Source of the DNA: Octopus vulgaris | Lineage: Eukaryota | Direction: 5' to 3' | Assembly: GCA_951406725.2 (NCBI GenBank) | Contig: OX597830.1 | Location: forward strand, 70,060,001 to 70,124,000 | Length of the DNA stretch: 64,000 bases | Shown: in pieces, positions 29,676-42,993 of the stretch | Numbering within the stretch: the first letter of the stretch is position 1 | Layout: every line of letters starts with the position of its first letter | The notes under the pieces: model-generated | Seen by the model: only the letters and a program-made list of their open reading frames with translations | The model's database searches: none | What the model was told of the DNA's origin: nothing | Made by a program: the position numbers and the translations under genes

Positions 29676-30144
29676 AGATTGATAGATACACACACTCGTA
29701 TACACGACAAGCAATATTTTATGATGACACATAGATATTGCACTTCTTTAGTAACATACCTCTATATTCATGCATGTGTAAATTCTTATTGTATGATTAG
29801 TTTAGTGTTATGATGACTTGGCAAATCGTTAGAGTACCGTGAAAAGTCTTTGTGGTATTTCTTTTGACTCATTTTTTTCGTTCAAATCCCAGTCTGGTCA
29901 ACTTTGCCTTTGCCTTTCCTCCCCTCGGGCTCGGTAATGTATATTTTCAACCAAGAACTGGTTCACCCCACCCATCTCAAAGCTGCTTGGCTTGTGATTG
30001 ATTCAGAAATCTTTAAGTTTCAAAGGTAAGATATACCCTTTTTTCTATTCTCGTTGTGGAAAGTAACTAAAATTTTGAAATTATCAGGGTTTATCGATCG
30101 ACCAGGTGATTGCCACGTATGTATGAAGAAAAATGTGAAATTTA

Positions 30145-30182
30145 TCTGACCAGTTTCTAGATCTTTAACGCTTCATCAGAGA
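30145..30182 (-). ncRNA. Degenerate hammerhead motif
   Basis: Minus strand: tct-CUGAUGA-agcgttaaagatcta-GAAA-ctgg-UC-aga; core intact but stem II poorly paired. Confidence 0.45.
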
Positions 30183-31040
30183 AAGAATGCCCTTCACAAA
30201 TTCGAAACTCATATTCCTTTATAGCTTCCCAGAGTCCATAGTCCTTTATTGCTTCCCAACGACATGGTTCCAGGTTCATTACCACCTGACGAATTTAATA
30301 AACACATAAAATTTTTATGAAGTAAATCTTCTGTTCATAGATGATGTTGTATCTTATAGCTGCTTATATCCTGACCTGTTTGTATATACTATAAAAAGCT
30401 GTAATTAACTAAATGTACCATGAACAAAAAAATTGAATATCCTTTATCGATCACATTTTATTCGTTAATAAGACTTGTGGGCTTTCTAGTATAATGTTGG
30501 TAGAAATTGTCACTAAGGAGGATCTTGCATAATAAACACACTTAGTGTCTCATACATGTAATGGAATGCCCTGCAAAATTTCGATCAACTGAGATCATCT
30601 TTATAACTAGTTAACAAAATATAACTCAAGAGAAAACTTTAATCTGATTCGAATTTTTATTCTTGTTTCCAAAAATTACGTTTGTCTAATATTATTTGAG
30701 TGATCTCATTTGATTGTAGTTTGTAGATTTTAAACATCACTAGAGTGAATTTCTGTTTACTAGCAGCATAGATAATCTCCGTTAAACGAACATTTTCAAC
30801 TCACTGTATTACAGATGAGAAACTTTAATGTACATATATATATACAATGTTTCTTTTTTCATTTTTTTCTAACTACAGTTTAAAGTCAAGTAAAAAGTAC
30901 AACCGGCCGTCACTCGCGAGCGAGTATGGTTTGGCTACATGGAGCAAGCTTTTCCTTATTGTTTTAGATGCCTATGGAGACGGCCTCTAAGGCACTTCAC
31001 CGCTGGCCTAATTGAACGGTAGGAAGTAATGATAGTTGGA

Positions 31041-31081
<41 letters not shown>

Positions 31082-31102
31082 ATACCATCTGGGTACTGTA
31101 CC

Positions 31103-31333
31103 TATTTCTTTACTACCCACAAGGGGCTAATCACAGAGAGGACAAACAAGGACAGACAAACGGATTAAGTCGACTATATCGACCCCAGTGCGTAACTGGT
31201 ACTTATTTAATTGACCCCGAAGGGATGAAAGGCAAAGTCGACCTCGGCGGAATTTGAACTCAGAACGTAGTGGCAGACGAAATACCGCTAAGCATTTCGT
31301 CCGGCGTGCTAACGATTCTGCCAGCTCGTCGCC
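31103..31333 (-). mobile_element. Full-length young SINE-B with imperfect TSD
   Basis: Flanks ctgggtactgtacc (31089-31102) and ctgggtaccagtacc (31334-31348). Confidence 0.95.
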
Positions 31334-32040
31334 CTGGGTACCAGTACCCAGATAGCATTCATTACAGCCTTATTCAACGACATAACGCATGGTTCAAGAA
31401 TTGAATCCACGATTTTTAATGATCATACTCTGAGTATCTTAACCGCTAGGCTCATACGCCTTCGCTATAATTTATCGATAGCTTCACTTAAACAAGAGAG
31501 AGAGAAAGAAAAAATGTATTTGTAGAAATAAATAATTCAATGAAGACACCGTTATCAAACAAAAATATAAGTGTACAATTATAACAACTGGTGTTCTCTT
31601 GGAAATCACTTATCAAGAGTGTCAATATTTGCTCTTATTTAGAATTTTCTGAGTCTTTCCTCCTCATCTTTCCTTCTCCCCGTCTCTAACTCCCAAACTC
31701 CTTCCCTCTCTCTCTCTCTTGTCCTGTGTGTGTGTGTGTGTGTGTATATGCATGCGCGGTTGTATGTGTGAGGTCTTTCAATGAAATGGACTGTTTATAA
31801 ATAGAATATTTATAAATCTGATATTGGTTTGTGTCTAACGTCTGCCAAGTGTGAGAGGATTATTATCGTTGTTGTTGTCGTTGTTGCTGATGTTGTTTAG
31901 CTTCGAGTAAGTACTGGTCGAATAGAAAACATGACTAAAAGTTCTCTAACTGTCACTGCCTGTTTTATTTATAAAAAAAAATTCCGTCACTGTCTACCTA
32001 GGACTACATAATTTGCAGTGATTATTGTTGTTGTTGTTAA

Positions 32041-32244
32041 GGCGGCGAGCTGGCAGAAACGTTAGCACGCAGGGCGAAATGCTTAGCGGTATTTCGTCTG
32101 CCGTTACGTTCTGAGTTCAAATTCCGGCGAGGTCGACTTTGCCTTTCATCCTTTCGGGGTCGATAAATTAAGTACCAGTTATGCACTGGGGTTGATGTAA
32201 TCGACTTAATTCCTTTGTCTGTCCTTGTGTGTCCCCTCTATGTT
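32041..32244 (+). mobile_element. SINE-B, plus strand, 3'-truncated
   Basis: ggcggcgagctggcagaaacgttagc...gtcccctctatgtt. Confidence 0.95.
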
Positions 32245-32700
32245 AAGTCGATCTCGGCGGAATTTGAACTCAGAACGTAAAGACAGGCGAAGTACATATT
32301 TCTTTACTGCCCACAAGGGGCTACACACAGAGGGGACAAACAAGGACAGACAAACGGATTATGTAGATTATATCGACACCGGTGTGTAACTGGTAATTAT
32401 TTAATCGACCCTGAAAAGATGAAAGGCTAAGTCGACCTCGGCGGAATTTGAACTCAGAACGTAAAGACAGGCGAAGTACCTATTTCTTTACTGCTCACAA
32501 GGGGCTACACACAGAGGGGACCAAACAAGGACAGACAAACGGATTATGTATATTATATCGACACCAGTGTGTAACTGGTAATATATTTAATCGACCCTGA
32601 AAAGATGAAAGGCTAAGTCGACCTCGGCGGAATTTGAACTCAGAACGTAAAGACAGGCGAAATACCACTAAGCATTTCGCCCGGAGTGCCAGCTCGGCCG
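32245..32700 (-). mobile_element. Tandem array of ~185-bp SINE-B units
   Basis: agacaggcga recurs at 32281, 32465 and 32651 (periods 184 and 186); only the last unit keeps the 5' head. Confidence 0.95.
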
Positions 32701-33154
32701 CGTAATTCTGAGCCACTGATCAGAGAAGTGAGGTACTGAAACATCGGATTATATGAGAATATTGTAGATATTGAGGACGATGTATTGATAGTGTTGAACC
32801 AATAATGACGCTATAATGTATTAAACATATTGATCTGAAAAGGAGAGATGAGTTGGTGAGTATATGTTAGCGGTGAGTATATGGTTAATACGGTTATACA
32901 GACGGCGGAGGTGCTTGTAGCCGTAGATATAGAAGTCTACGGGATGCTAAATATAGCACATTGTAGTATTGAATTAATAATGCTAGTTTTATGATTCATG
33001 AGAAATATAAATATATAATAGCTTATGGGAGGGCAGGACATAGTGCATGTTTACTATAGTTTAAATATGATTATAGCTGAGAGAGTTATCAGGCCTTTAA
33101 TTTTTTACGTAGAGGGAGCGCTTAATTCAGCTCGCAGTGCCGTCTACTTAGTGC

Positions 33155-33202
33155 CTGTAACCGATGAAGAGATAACTACTCCGAAATGTTAACATCTCAC
33201 AG
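33155..33202 (+). ncRNA. Degenerate minimal type I hammerhead ribozyme
   Basis: ctgtaa-CCGAUGA-agag(ataacta)ctcc-GAAA-tgttaaca-UC-tcacag; U4C in the core, one mismatch each in stems I and II, palindromic stem III. Confidence 0.6.
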
Positions 33203-33378
33203 TCCGGGTAGGTGGCGCTGCGAGATGATCTCGGTGTATACACACCATTTGTCAACAAGCGAGATATATTCTCCGTGACAAACTTCAGTGTGTAGCTTCC
33301 CGCCGCCCTCCCCCCCAGTTCGAACGTGCATCAAACATGTTCGGACTGATAACAGCACTACAACTTTTATTTTTTTTA

Positions 33379-33608
33379 TCTTTTACTTGTTTTTCAGTCG
33401 TTAGAGTGCGGCCATGCTGGGGCACCGCCCATGCTGGGAAATCGACCCCCCCCGGTATTTATTCTTCTTATGCTTTCAGACTGATACATATTCTATCGGG
33501 TTTTTATGCTGGACCTCTAAGATACGGGGACGTAAACACACCAACAACAGTTGTCAAGTGATGGTGGGAGACGAACACAGATACGCACAAACAGACAGGC
33601 ACACACAC

Positions 33609-33639
<31 letters not shown>

Positions 33640-33742
33640 CATACATATATATATATGGCAGGTTTCTTTCGCAAGGCTTTGGTCGGCTCGAGGCTATTGT
33701 AGGAGACACTCACTCAAGGTGTCACGCAGTGAATTTGAACTC
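33379..33742 (-). mobile_element. Diverged SINE-A copy (second partial copy at ~33815-33935)
   Basis: Reverse complement of tail, internal microsatellite and ggctttggtcggctcgaggctat segment. Confidence 0.85.
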
Positions 33743-33778
<36 letters not shown>

Positions 33779-34169
33779 CGAGAGATAGATAGATAGACTG
33801 ATAGATAGAGTTTTCACACAGCTTTCGTCTGTCAAGTTCCCTAACAAGGCATTCGTAGGCCCAGCGCTATACTTGCCCAAGTTCCCGCGCAAAGGAACTA
33901 AACTAGAAATCACGTGACTGCAAAGCGAGCTTCAAAGAGAAATGAAGTAAGTTTTGTAGTCCCACTTTCTAGTTAGTAGAGCTTACTTCAGTTGGAATAT
34001 AGGGGACTTCTTACATTTCCTACGCTGCTATATGATGAAACAAGGATGGTTGATTGAATTGGTCCGCAGTTATATTACTAGTTTACTGATGTGGGAAGAA
34101 AGCAAAGTTCACCTGCAGCAGGATTTGAACTCAAGAGATTAATCGCTAAAACTAAATAATTCGAGTATA

Positions 34170-34210
<41 letters not shown>

Positions 34211-34260
34211 AAGGGGTTTTTATCTTCAGAGAAAAATCTACTGCATTTCATGCCATAAAA

Positions 34261-34518
34261 CAGGGACCCTCAAAAAGCGAATCGCGGATCAGAACCGGGC
34301 TTCGAATCACAAAAAGAATAAATTTCAGAATGTTATTTCTATTTTATTGACTATCACAGTCTGCAGTGGGCGGGGGGTGGTGTATTATTTATGTAATGAT
34401 TAAATTATATATTATTCAATTTATTGTGCTTTGTTATGCACGTGATCTCCCCGGTCCGTGAAACCGGTTTTTTTTTCTGTGAAGCTGGTCTGTGGTACAA
34501 ATGAGTTTAGGACCGCTG
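34261..34518. mobile_element. hAT Charlie/Buster-type (MER1-like architecture) MITE with perfect 8-bp TSD
   Basis: Ends cagggaccct...aggaccgctg, subterminal ccccggtccgtg; CCATAAAA at 34253-34260 and 34519-34526 (nnnTAnnn). Confidence 0.85.
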
Positions 34519-34605
34519 CCATAAAAAATGCATGGGCATATTAGATGCACCTCAATTTTAGCAACGCACATTTAGTGGGTGAAATGTTTTTGATGCATTT
34601 ATATA

Positions 34606-35051
34606 GTTTCAAATTTTGCCACAAGGTTGGCCATTTTGGAGCGGGGTAAGTCAATTACATCAACCCCAGTGGTCCACTGGTTCCTATTTTGTCGAACCTG
34701 AAGGGATGAAAGGCAAAGTCGACCTCGGTGACATTTGAACTTAGAATCTAGCAGCAGACGAAATACCCCTAAGCATTTCGCCCAGCGTGCTAACGGTTCT
34801 CCCAGCTCGCCCTCTTATTGAATCATCTTAACATAGGTTCAAATTTAAGGCGGCGAGCTTGCAGAATTGTTACCGAAGCGGTAGCATTTCTTCCGACATT
34901 ACGTTCTGAGTTCAAATAACGCTGGGTTCGACTTTGCCGTTCCTATTTTCGAGGTCGATCAAATAAGTACCAGTTGAGTACTAGGGTCGACGTACGCAAA
35001 CGACTCATCTCCTTTCCCAGAATTGCCAGCTTTGTGCCAAAATTTGAAACC
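34606..35051. mobile_element. Head-to-head pair of SINE-B copies (minus 34606-34812, plus 34849-35051)
   Basis: Both carry the head, the core and the tttgaaac tail variant. Confidence 0.9.
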
Positions 35052-36935
35052 CAGGATAAGCTCAAGTTTGCAAATAGAAGCCGGTGTGATTGTTTTGAGA
35101 CATTTTTTTTTGGGGGAAAATAGTGCATCTTCTATGTCATCAAATACGGTAAATGTTTCAAACGGAAGCACAATACTGCAATTTAAGGTTGAGGCTCTTA
35201 TAGAATCGCTTAGATCCCAGCACGATATTTGCGGGTCCAACTGAAATTAACAGCAACGCGAAGTGCCGCCTGGAGTATCACTTGGTAAGGAGCGCCACGT
35301 TATGTTTTTTGGGATCTGTCAAAACGAAAGAGTGGTGGGGTACGTGAAAGTAATATTTAGAGCGACAAAAAATTTACAAGGCAGTCAGGAAGGAAACAGC
35401 AACTCATGAAGCTGTGAAGTTGTCTGGAGTATGACGTTATAGGGGCGCCACGTCATCTGTTTGGGATCTTCCAGATGACAAGGGTTAGGAATGTATGTAA
35501 ATTCAGTGAGTGGAGTCGCACTAATTTTTAAATATTGCATCGATAAGTGTGGGAGGAGAAGGTGAGTGTAGTTATCATATCATTGAAAAAAAGTTTGAAA
35601 CTTTGGTGCTGGGTTCGAAACTGTTCTCATTTGTTTGCATATTGTAATAAGTATTTCCATTAGGTCATGTATAGATTTTTCACCGTATACAAAATGTTTC
35701 AAACATTATATCTTTAAGCGCGACGAAATTCAATTTGCCCAGGGTGCTAGCAACTGAAGGGCCAATCCCGAGTATTTGACTGGTACTTAACTGGAGCTTA
35801 TATTTACTCATTTATCCCCCTACATGGCCTTGCTTTTTGCTTTTTGAGCCAAAAATTTAACTTAACTTAACTTAACTATTCACGAAAAACAGAAATGCAA
35901 ATTCGATAGCATCCGTAGGATTTGAACTTGGAATATAAGAAGTCTCAAAAAAGTCATTCCAGGTCCTGTCCTATTTGCAAAGTTGAACGTATATTAGTTT
36001 CAAATTTTTGGCACGAAGCCAGCGACATCGAGGGAGCGTGTAAGTTGTCTACATCATCCTATTTCTAAACTGGTACTTACTTTATCGACCCCGAAAGGGT
36101 AAATTGGCAAAAATCTAACAAGCACATCGCTAGCCGCTCCAGAGGAGAAATTATCAATAGTAAGGAATACTCAAAGAGCTGACTATATCTTAAGATGAGG
36201 AAACAAAAGTAAGAAGAGTAATAATAATTGTTTCAAATTTCGGCACACCTCCAGTAGTTGTGAGGTGGGTAGTCGATTACGTCGACCCCATTAATTGACT
36301 GGTACAGTATTTTGTTAATCTCCAAAGGATGAAAAGCCAAGTTGAAACAGAACGGAAAGTGCCGGAAGAAAAACCGCAGGGCATTTTTGTCTGGTGCGCA
36401 GACGATTCTATTAGATCGCTTCCTTAATAAATATATATAATAAAAAATAATTTAAAATAAAAAAGATATCCGCAAAACTAACAAAGACAAAAAACAAAAA
36501 TAAAAAAAACTTCTAAGCTCAAAAACGTTCACAATATGTTGAGCTAAACATCAAATAGGTGTTTAGCACTTCGCCAAACCTCTATTTAAAATAAAAAATA
36601 ACAATTCTATATTTATATCTAAGATCCATTAAGCAATTATCAGGGATCAACGACATTAAAAAGACAAGAGCTGTCTCAGAATCATTTGACAGACATTAGG
36701 ATACAGAAAGGAATTTTGGGTTGTGGAAACATATTTGAGATGTCCATGAATAACGCTTAACACATCGTATACGAAAATGTCCTTGTAAAAACATAACGTT
36801 TTGTCTCTTGTATGGGGTGAATGGTGCAACCCCACACCCCGATCCCGATCTCCAATGGAAAGTATCAGCTACAGGAATAGAAATGAACTCAAATTGTTCA
36901 TAGCTACAAAATTATCATCATCATCATCATCATCG

Positions 36936-37014
<79 letters not shown>

Positions 37015-37242
37015 CATCATCATCATCATCATCATCATTTCAGTTCTTAATCTAGGATCAAAATGCCGAATGTGTTACTAAGTAACAGTTAATTTAATTA
37101 GTCGCCAGAATCATATCTTGGACTATAAAATTAATTTTATGGGCAATAAAATATTTTTTTCCTTTCTCTGTCGCTCCCTCTGCCTTCTGTTGAGTCACTG
37201 AGACTAAATCTGAATTAAATAGCCAGAGAAAATGTCATTATA

Positions 37243-37294
<52 letters not shown>

Positions 37295-37383
37295 GACGTA
37301 TTTATATGTATATATAGATATATAAGATATAGTTTTAACATAGATATAATAACACACACATATATACAAACATACACATACAC

Positions 37384-37414
<31 letters not shown>

Positions 37415-37975
37415 ATGTGTCTGTGAGAGGATGAGTGTGTTTAAAGATTAAATACTGGATCAAAATGGGGAAAAAATACAAAATAAATATAAAAATCATA
37501 TTTTTTCTATCAATTGTCCTCGATTCAATGTATTTGTTATGATAGAAAGAAACAACAACAATTTTATTAATATAACAACAAAATAAAAAGAAAACAAGCC
37601 AACAGAATAGGGGGAAAAAATCCTAAATCGTCTGTTCAGAAAGACACACACGCGCACACATACACACAAGAAAAATCATCTAAATAAACTGTAATCGGGG
37701 ACAAAATAAATAAAAATAAAAAAATATGAAGAAACAAAAATAGAATAAAAAAGATAGAAAAAGATAGGAAAAGACGAAGAAAAAGAGGAGAGAAAGAGAG
37801 GAAGAATAAAAGAAAGGAATAAACGATAGAAGGAACGAAAGAGAAACGGTGGTGGGGGTGGATGGGAGGGGGGGGGGAGAAAACGAGATGAAGACATTTT
37901 GACGAGTTTAACATTGAATGCTGATCAGCTGTCAACATTGAACAGGTTTAGTAAAGCGTGATGGCTTTATAGTGC

Positions 37976-38011
<36 letters not shown>

Positions 38012-38254
38012 TGTGTGTCTGTGTGTGTGCGTGTGTATGTCTCTGTGTGTGTGTGTGCGTGTGTAATATGCGTGTGTTGATGAATGTATGTGTGTATTGA
38101 TGTATCTACGAATCTCTCTGTGTGTGTATATATATATATATATACATATTAAGGGAGAGAGAGAGTAACGGAGACAGAGAGAAGCAAACAGATAGAAAAT
38201 GAATACACAGACAGACAGATAGACAAATAGATAGATAGATAGATAGATAGATAA

Positions 38255-38305
<51 letters not shown>

Positions 38306-38408
38306 GTTAATCCAAGCAAGAAAGCACAAAAAAACACAACAACGCGAGGACGTGGAACAAATATAATATTATATATATATATATCTATATATATATATAT
38401 ATATATAT

Positions 38409-38700
<292 letters not shown>

Positions 38701-38921
38701 CAGGAGACAAAAGACGACTACTCTGCGTATATGTGACTGCGTGTTTGTGTATGTAACAGTGTGTGTGTACATGTGCGTGCGTGTATACGTGTGTGTGTTT
38801 GTATGTATGTGAAGAGGAAAGAAAGAAAATGTGATTGAAATAGGTAGGTGCGTAGATGGATTAAAAGATAGATAAGTGGATTGATCGACAGAGCGAAAGA
38901 GAAAGTGAGTGAGTGAGAGAA

Positions 38922-38987
<66 letters not shown>

Positions 38988-39270
38988 ACTGAGTTAGGAA
39001 GAAAGAAAGAAAAATATAGAGTGAGAATGAGAAAGAGATAGAGAGAGAATGACAGAGAAAGAAAGAAAAATATATAGAGAGAATGAGAAGGAGAAAGAGA
39101 GAGAGACAATGAGAGCTAGAGAGAGAGAGAGAGAGAGAGAAACAGACAGGCAGACAGACAGACAGACACAATATCGAATTGCGGGAGCGTTGCGTAGGGT
39201 AAAAATGTCGCCAAATCGCAAGCGTGCTCGATGGCAAGTCGTACAGTGAGTGTGCAAATGTGTGTGTGCA

Positions 39271-39311
<41 letters not shown>

Positions 39312-39619
39312 ATATGTGTATGTGTGTGTGTGTTTGACTAAGTGAAGGTGCGAACAAGTTGCTGACTTTTCTTTCGAAAACACACACACACACGCTCATA
39401 CACACATCTTTACACACCTATATTAGTGTACGAGTAGAAAAATATATCAATAATATGTATGTTTTTTGGACTTAGAGCGATCATAATCCGGTATAGAACT
39501 CAATACGCTGAGTAGTGTGGACAGAGATTATCTATATAAATTTGACAGTCAACGCTGAGTTGCATACCTAGCCCTGTTAAGGGTGAAACTCAGAGTAGGG
39601 TTAAGGTTATGTATGTATG

Positions 39620-39669
<50 letters not shown>

Positions 39670-39817
39670 GTGCGGTAAGAAGCTTGCTTCCCAATCACAT
39701 GGTACCAGGTTCAGTCCCACTGCGTGGCACCTTGGGCGAATGTGTTCTACTATAGCCTCGGGCTGACCAAAGCCTTGTGAGTGGATTTGGAGGACGGAAA
39801 CTGAAAGAAGCCCGTCG

Positions 39818-39868
<51 letters not shown>

Positions 39869-40117
39869 GAGGCGCGTGGCTTAGTGGTTAGGGTATCAGC
39901 ATCATGATCGTAAGATTGTGGGTTCCTGGACCGGGCGACGCGTTGTGTTCTTGAGCAAAACACTTCATTTCACATTGCCCTAGTCCACTCAGCTGGCAAA
40001 AATGAGTAACGCTACGATGGACTGGCGTCCCGTCCGGCTGGGGAACACATACGCCATTGAAATCGGGAACCCAGGCCCATGAGCCTAGCGAGGCTTTAAA
40101 AGGGCGCATTTATTTAT

Positions 40118-40149
<32 letters not shown>

Positions 40150-40271
40150 TGTATGTATGTATGTATGTATGTATGTATGTACGTATGTATGTATGTATGT
40201 ACGTATGTATGTTTGTATGCATGTATGCATGTATGTATGTATGTATGTATGTATATTTTATGTATGTTTTA

Positions 40272-40309
<38 letters not shown>

Positions 40310-40380
40310 TGTGTCTGTGTTTGTCTCCACTCACCATCGCCTGGCAACCGATGTTATTGTATTTACGTCCTCCTAACTTA
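39670..40380 (+). mobile_element. SINE-A split by an insertion in its internal microsatellite
   Basis: 5' half at 39670-39820; 3' half resumes at ~40305 (gtgtctgtgtttgtctcc...caaccgatg). Confidence 0.8.
39867..40115 (+). mobile_element. SINE family D (tRNA-like head, V-domain-like ttgtgttcttgagcaaaacacttcatttcac body)
   Basis: tggaggcgcgtggcttagtggttagg A-box head; tail shared with 58781-59085; degenerate heads also at ~31370-31465 (-) and 54558-54690 (+). Confidence 0.9.
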
Positions 40381-41486
40381 GGGGAGCTTCAACACAGTTT
40401 CTATCTACCAATTTCCACCTACAAAGTACTGGATTAGTTACCCCAAGATTATGAGAGGAGATGCTAACCCGAAATGCTGGGCAACGAAATTGAACCTAAA
40501 TCCCTAGAATCCGGAAACAGGTGGTTGCGAAGTGAACACACCTAGACATGCACCCATTTACCGGGAACCTCTTCCTGGTTCTACCATTCTCATTACCATT
40601 ATTCTACAATATCTTTTTATAAAATAAAATTTTAAATAATTGCTAATGTGTGTGGGAGATATATGTGTGTGTGTGTGAGTGTGTGTGGGATATATATGTG
40701 TGTGTGTGTGTGTGAGTGTGTGTGTACGTATGTGTGCGAGCGCTAGCATTTGTGTATGTTTACGTATGCGTGTTTCTCTACGTGTGCGTGTGTGTATATT
40801 TTACGTGTACTGTTTTTACTTGTAAAAGTGCTTAGATTTATGAATAATTAATTTCATCTGATGAATCGATAAAAGAAATTGTTAAATCGATAATCATATT
40901 TACAGAGAGATCGATAGATAAACACTTCAATTAATTTGGCTACAATAGATCGATAGGAAGAAATCTTGGTCAAAATGTTGATCGATCTGTGTGTGTATTT
41001 ATACACACATACACACATACATACATACATTATATATATATATATATCTATATATATTTATATACATATATATATACATATATATATACATATATATATA
41101 TACGTATAGACACACACCTATATTTATATATATATATACACACACATCAATTTATCTATCTATCCATCTATTTCAGTGAGATAGTATGTGTGTGTATCGA
41201 ATAGATATACGCACGTACAAAAAGAAGACATATATATATATGCATATATGTATATATACATACACAAGCGCGTGCAGAGATAGGTATGGACAACAAAGAA
41301 AAATGGCATCCAGGAATATATGTGAAGTCCTTAACTCTTTCGAACTGTAAGAATCAGTTTGCATTCATGTCTGCATTCCAGCACAGGTTTAGGAGCTAAT
41401 GTTAATATATTAGTACAGAGTCACAGTCTCTTGGTTGCATTCGAACTCATATCGGCATAAGTGACGGGATTAAAGACTGTAATAAG

Positions 41487-41804
41487 GTTCGTTTGTCGTT
41501 GTCGACGATGACCAAAACCATATCACATAGAAGAAGCAGTTGGGTCACGGTGTGTCCGACTGTGGTCGTTCAAACTGTGGCCAAACCGATCAGGCCGATG
41601 CATGCTTGGAAGGTTCTGCTTGCAGGTCGGTCCTGCTGGGAAGGAATGCGAGGATTTGGTTCCACACTTGAGCAGCTCACGTTTTCTTTGTGCTCCTGCG
41701 ATACTGTTTTTGTTTGTTGGAGGTCGCACCTTAGTTGGTGCAGCTACGCCATACAGGGCAGTCCTGTGCTTGCGTTTTCTAAATATCGAGGTTGATGAGC
41801 ACCA
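41487..41804 (-). pseudogene. 3' end of an RTE-clade LINE
   Basis: Minus-strand translation AQRKRELLK...FPAGPTC then (frameshift) SRTFQACIGLIG resembles the RTE C-terminal CxRxFxARIGLxGH zinc-knuckle motif; the tail is ggtcatcgtcgacaacgacaaacgaac. Confidence 0.75.
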
Positions 41805-41831
41805 TACATATATATATATATATATATATAA

Positions 41832-42058
41832 GGGGAGCTGGCAGAAACGTTAGTGCGCTGGGCGAAATGCTTAGCGGTATTTCGTCTGTCGTTACGTTCT
41901 GAGTTCAAATTCCGCCGAGGTCGACTTTGCCTTTCATCCTTTCGGGGTCGATAAATAAAGTACCAGCTTCGCACTGGGCTCGATGTAATCGACTTAGTCC
42001 CTTTGTCTGTCCTTGTTTGTCCCCTCTATGTTTAGCCCCTTGTGGGCAGTAAAGAAAT
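41832..42058 (+). mobile_element. Young SINE-B in (TA)n
   Basis: Full core and ccccttgtgggcagtaaagaaata tail. Confidence 0.95.
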
Positions 42059-42104
42059 ATATATATATATGCATATAATACATACCTATACTTGTACACG
42101 CACA

Positions 42105-42545
42105 CATATAACAAATAATATTTGCATATATACAAATATGAAAAGTAAGGTATTTCTAAACATCTATATCAAATATGCTGATGACATATTCATTGAGACA
42201 AATGGGTTGAAGAAGAAGCAATGAAGATAATCTCGAAATTAAATCCACTTTATATTCATAATCTATTATAACTCTAGCAAAGATTGAGATCACATCAACA
42301 TCCTATTCGTAAATTGAAATATAGAGATAAGGGAGAGCATAATTGCACCTCGGTATACTCAACCACTATTATAAATAAATGTCTACTCATTTACTGAGAT
42401 ACCGAATATCCCCATAGATTCAAAGTATCAATAATCAAATGTCTTCTTAGTCGATCTTTTACTTTATCGTTCACAAAAGATTTAAGCCGGGAAATTTTAC
42501 GACTGAAGCAAATATTAGTTCACGAGTACCGAATAAGTTCTTGTG
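42105..42545 (+). pseudogene. Penelope-like element reverse transcriptase fragment (catalytic motif plus thumb)
   Basis: KVFLNIYIKYADDIFI (YADD at ~42174-42185) followed by YPHRFKVSIIKCLLSRSFTLS...REILRLKQILV. These match the PLE IYxRYVDDIF and PxxxKxxIIxxLxxRAxxIS...ExxRIKQxL motifs; frameshifted. Confidence 0.8.
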
Positions 42546-42933
42546 CAAAACCATAACATAATACATGTAGCGTTGTTTATCACTGATCCGTAATAATGCA
42601 GTACGTTCTATTGTGAACTATGTTATGCTCATCACGGACTGATCTCCAGCTATCCAGAATGCACTGACTATAGCTTTTGTTCATATATTCATGCTGCGAA
42701 GCTGCGTATATTTTTTTTATACAAGTTTATGTACTGAAACTAATCACGCGACCAGTGGAACAGGGTAAACACGTAGTTATCTGATCCCAACTAATAAAGC
42801 AGATCAGTGTATTCTCAACAGGGAGATGGAGAGATAAAGAAAATACATGACGATGGAAGCTTCCCTGCTGTGGGCCGCGAGTTTGGTTTCAATGAATCAG
42901 TGGGTCAATTTTATTTACAAAATGCGTGGAGAT

Positions 42934-42993
42934 GATTCATTTATCACGAATTCATTTATCACGGTTTCATTTATCACGGTTTCATTTATCACT
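42934..42993. repeat. 15-bp minisatellite x4 (nnttcatttatcacg)
   Basis: Units at 42934, 42949, 42964 and 42979. Confidence 0.95.

Larger units (their letters stand above)
34241..35149. mobile_element. Tc2/pogo-type MITE interrupted by nested insertions
   Basis: TA on both sides. The reconstructed left end ctgcatttcatgccataaaaaatgca matches the reverse complement of the right end, ccgtatttgatgacatagaagatgca, at 20/26. Confidence 0.6.

Noticed and set aside
30282-30294. 13-nt match ccacctgacgaat to the 59604 hammerhead
   Set aside because: No stem II or GAAA follows; it sits at the end of a SINE-A head fragment.
32245-32700. Regularly spaced repeats as a CRISPR-like array
   Set aside because: Whole ~185-bp units repeat with no unique spacers; eukaryotic SINE sequence.
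39206-39252. Possible first coding exon MSPNRKRARWQVV with gtgagt donor
   Set aside because: Too short, with no downstream exon or homology identifiable by eye; kept only as a unique-sequence island.
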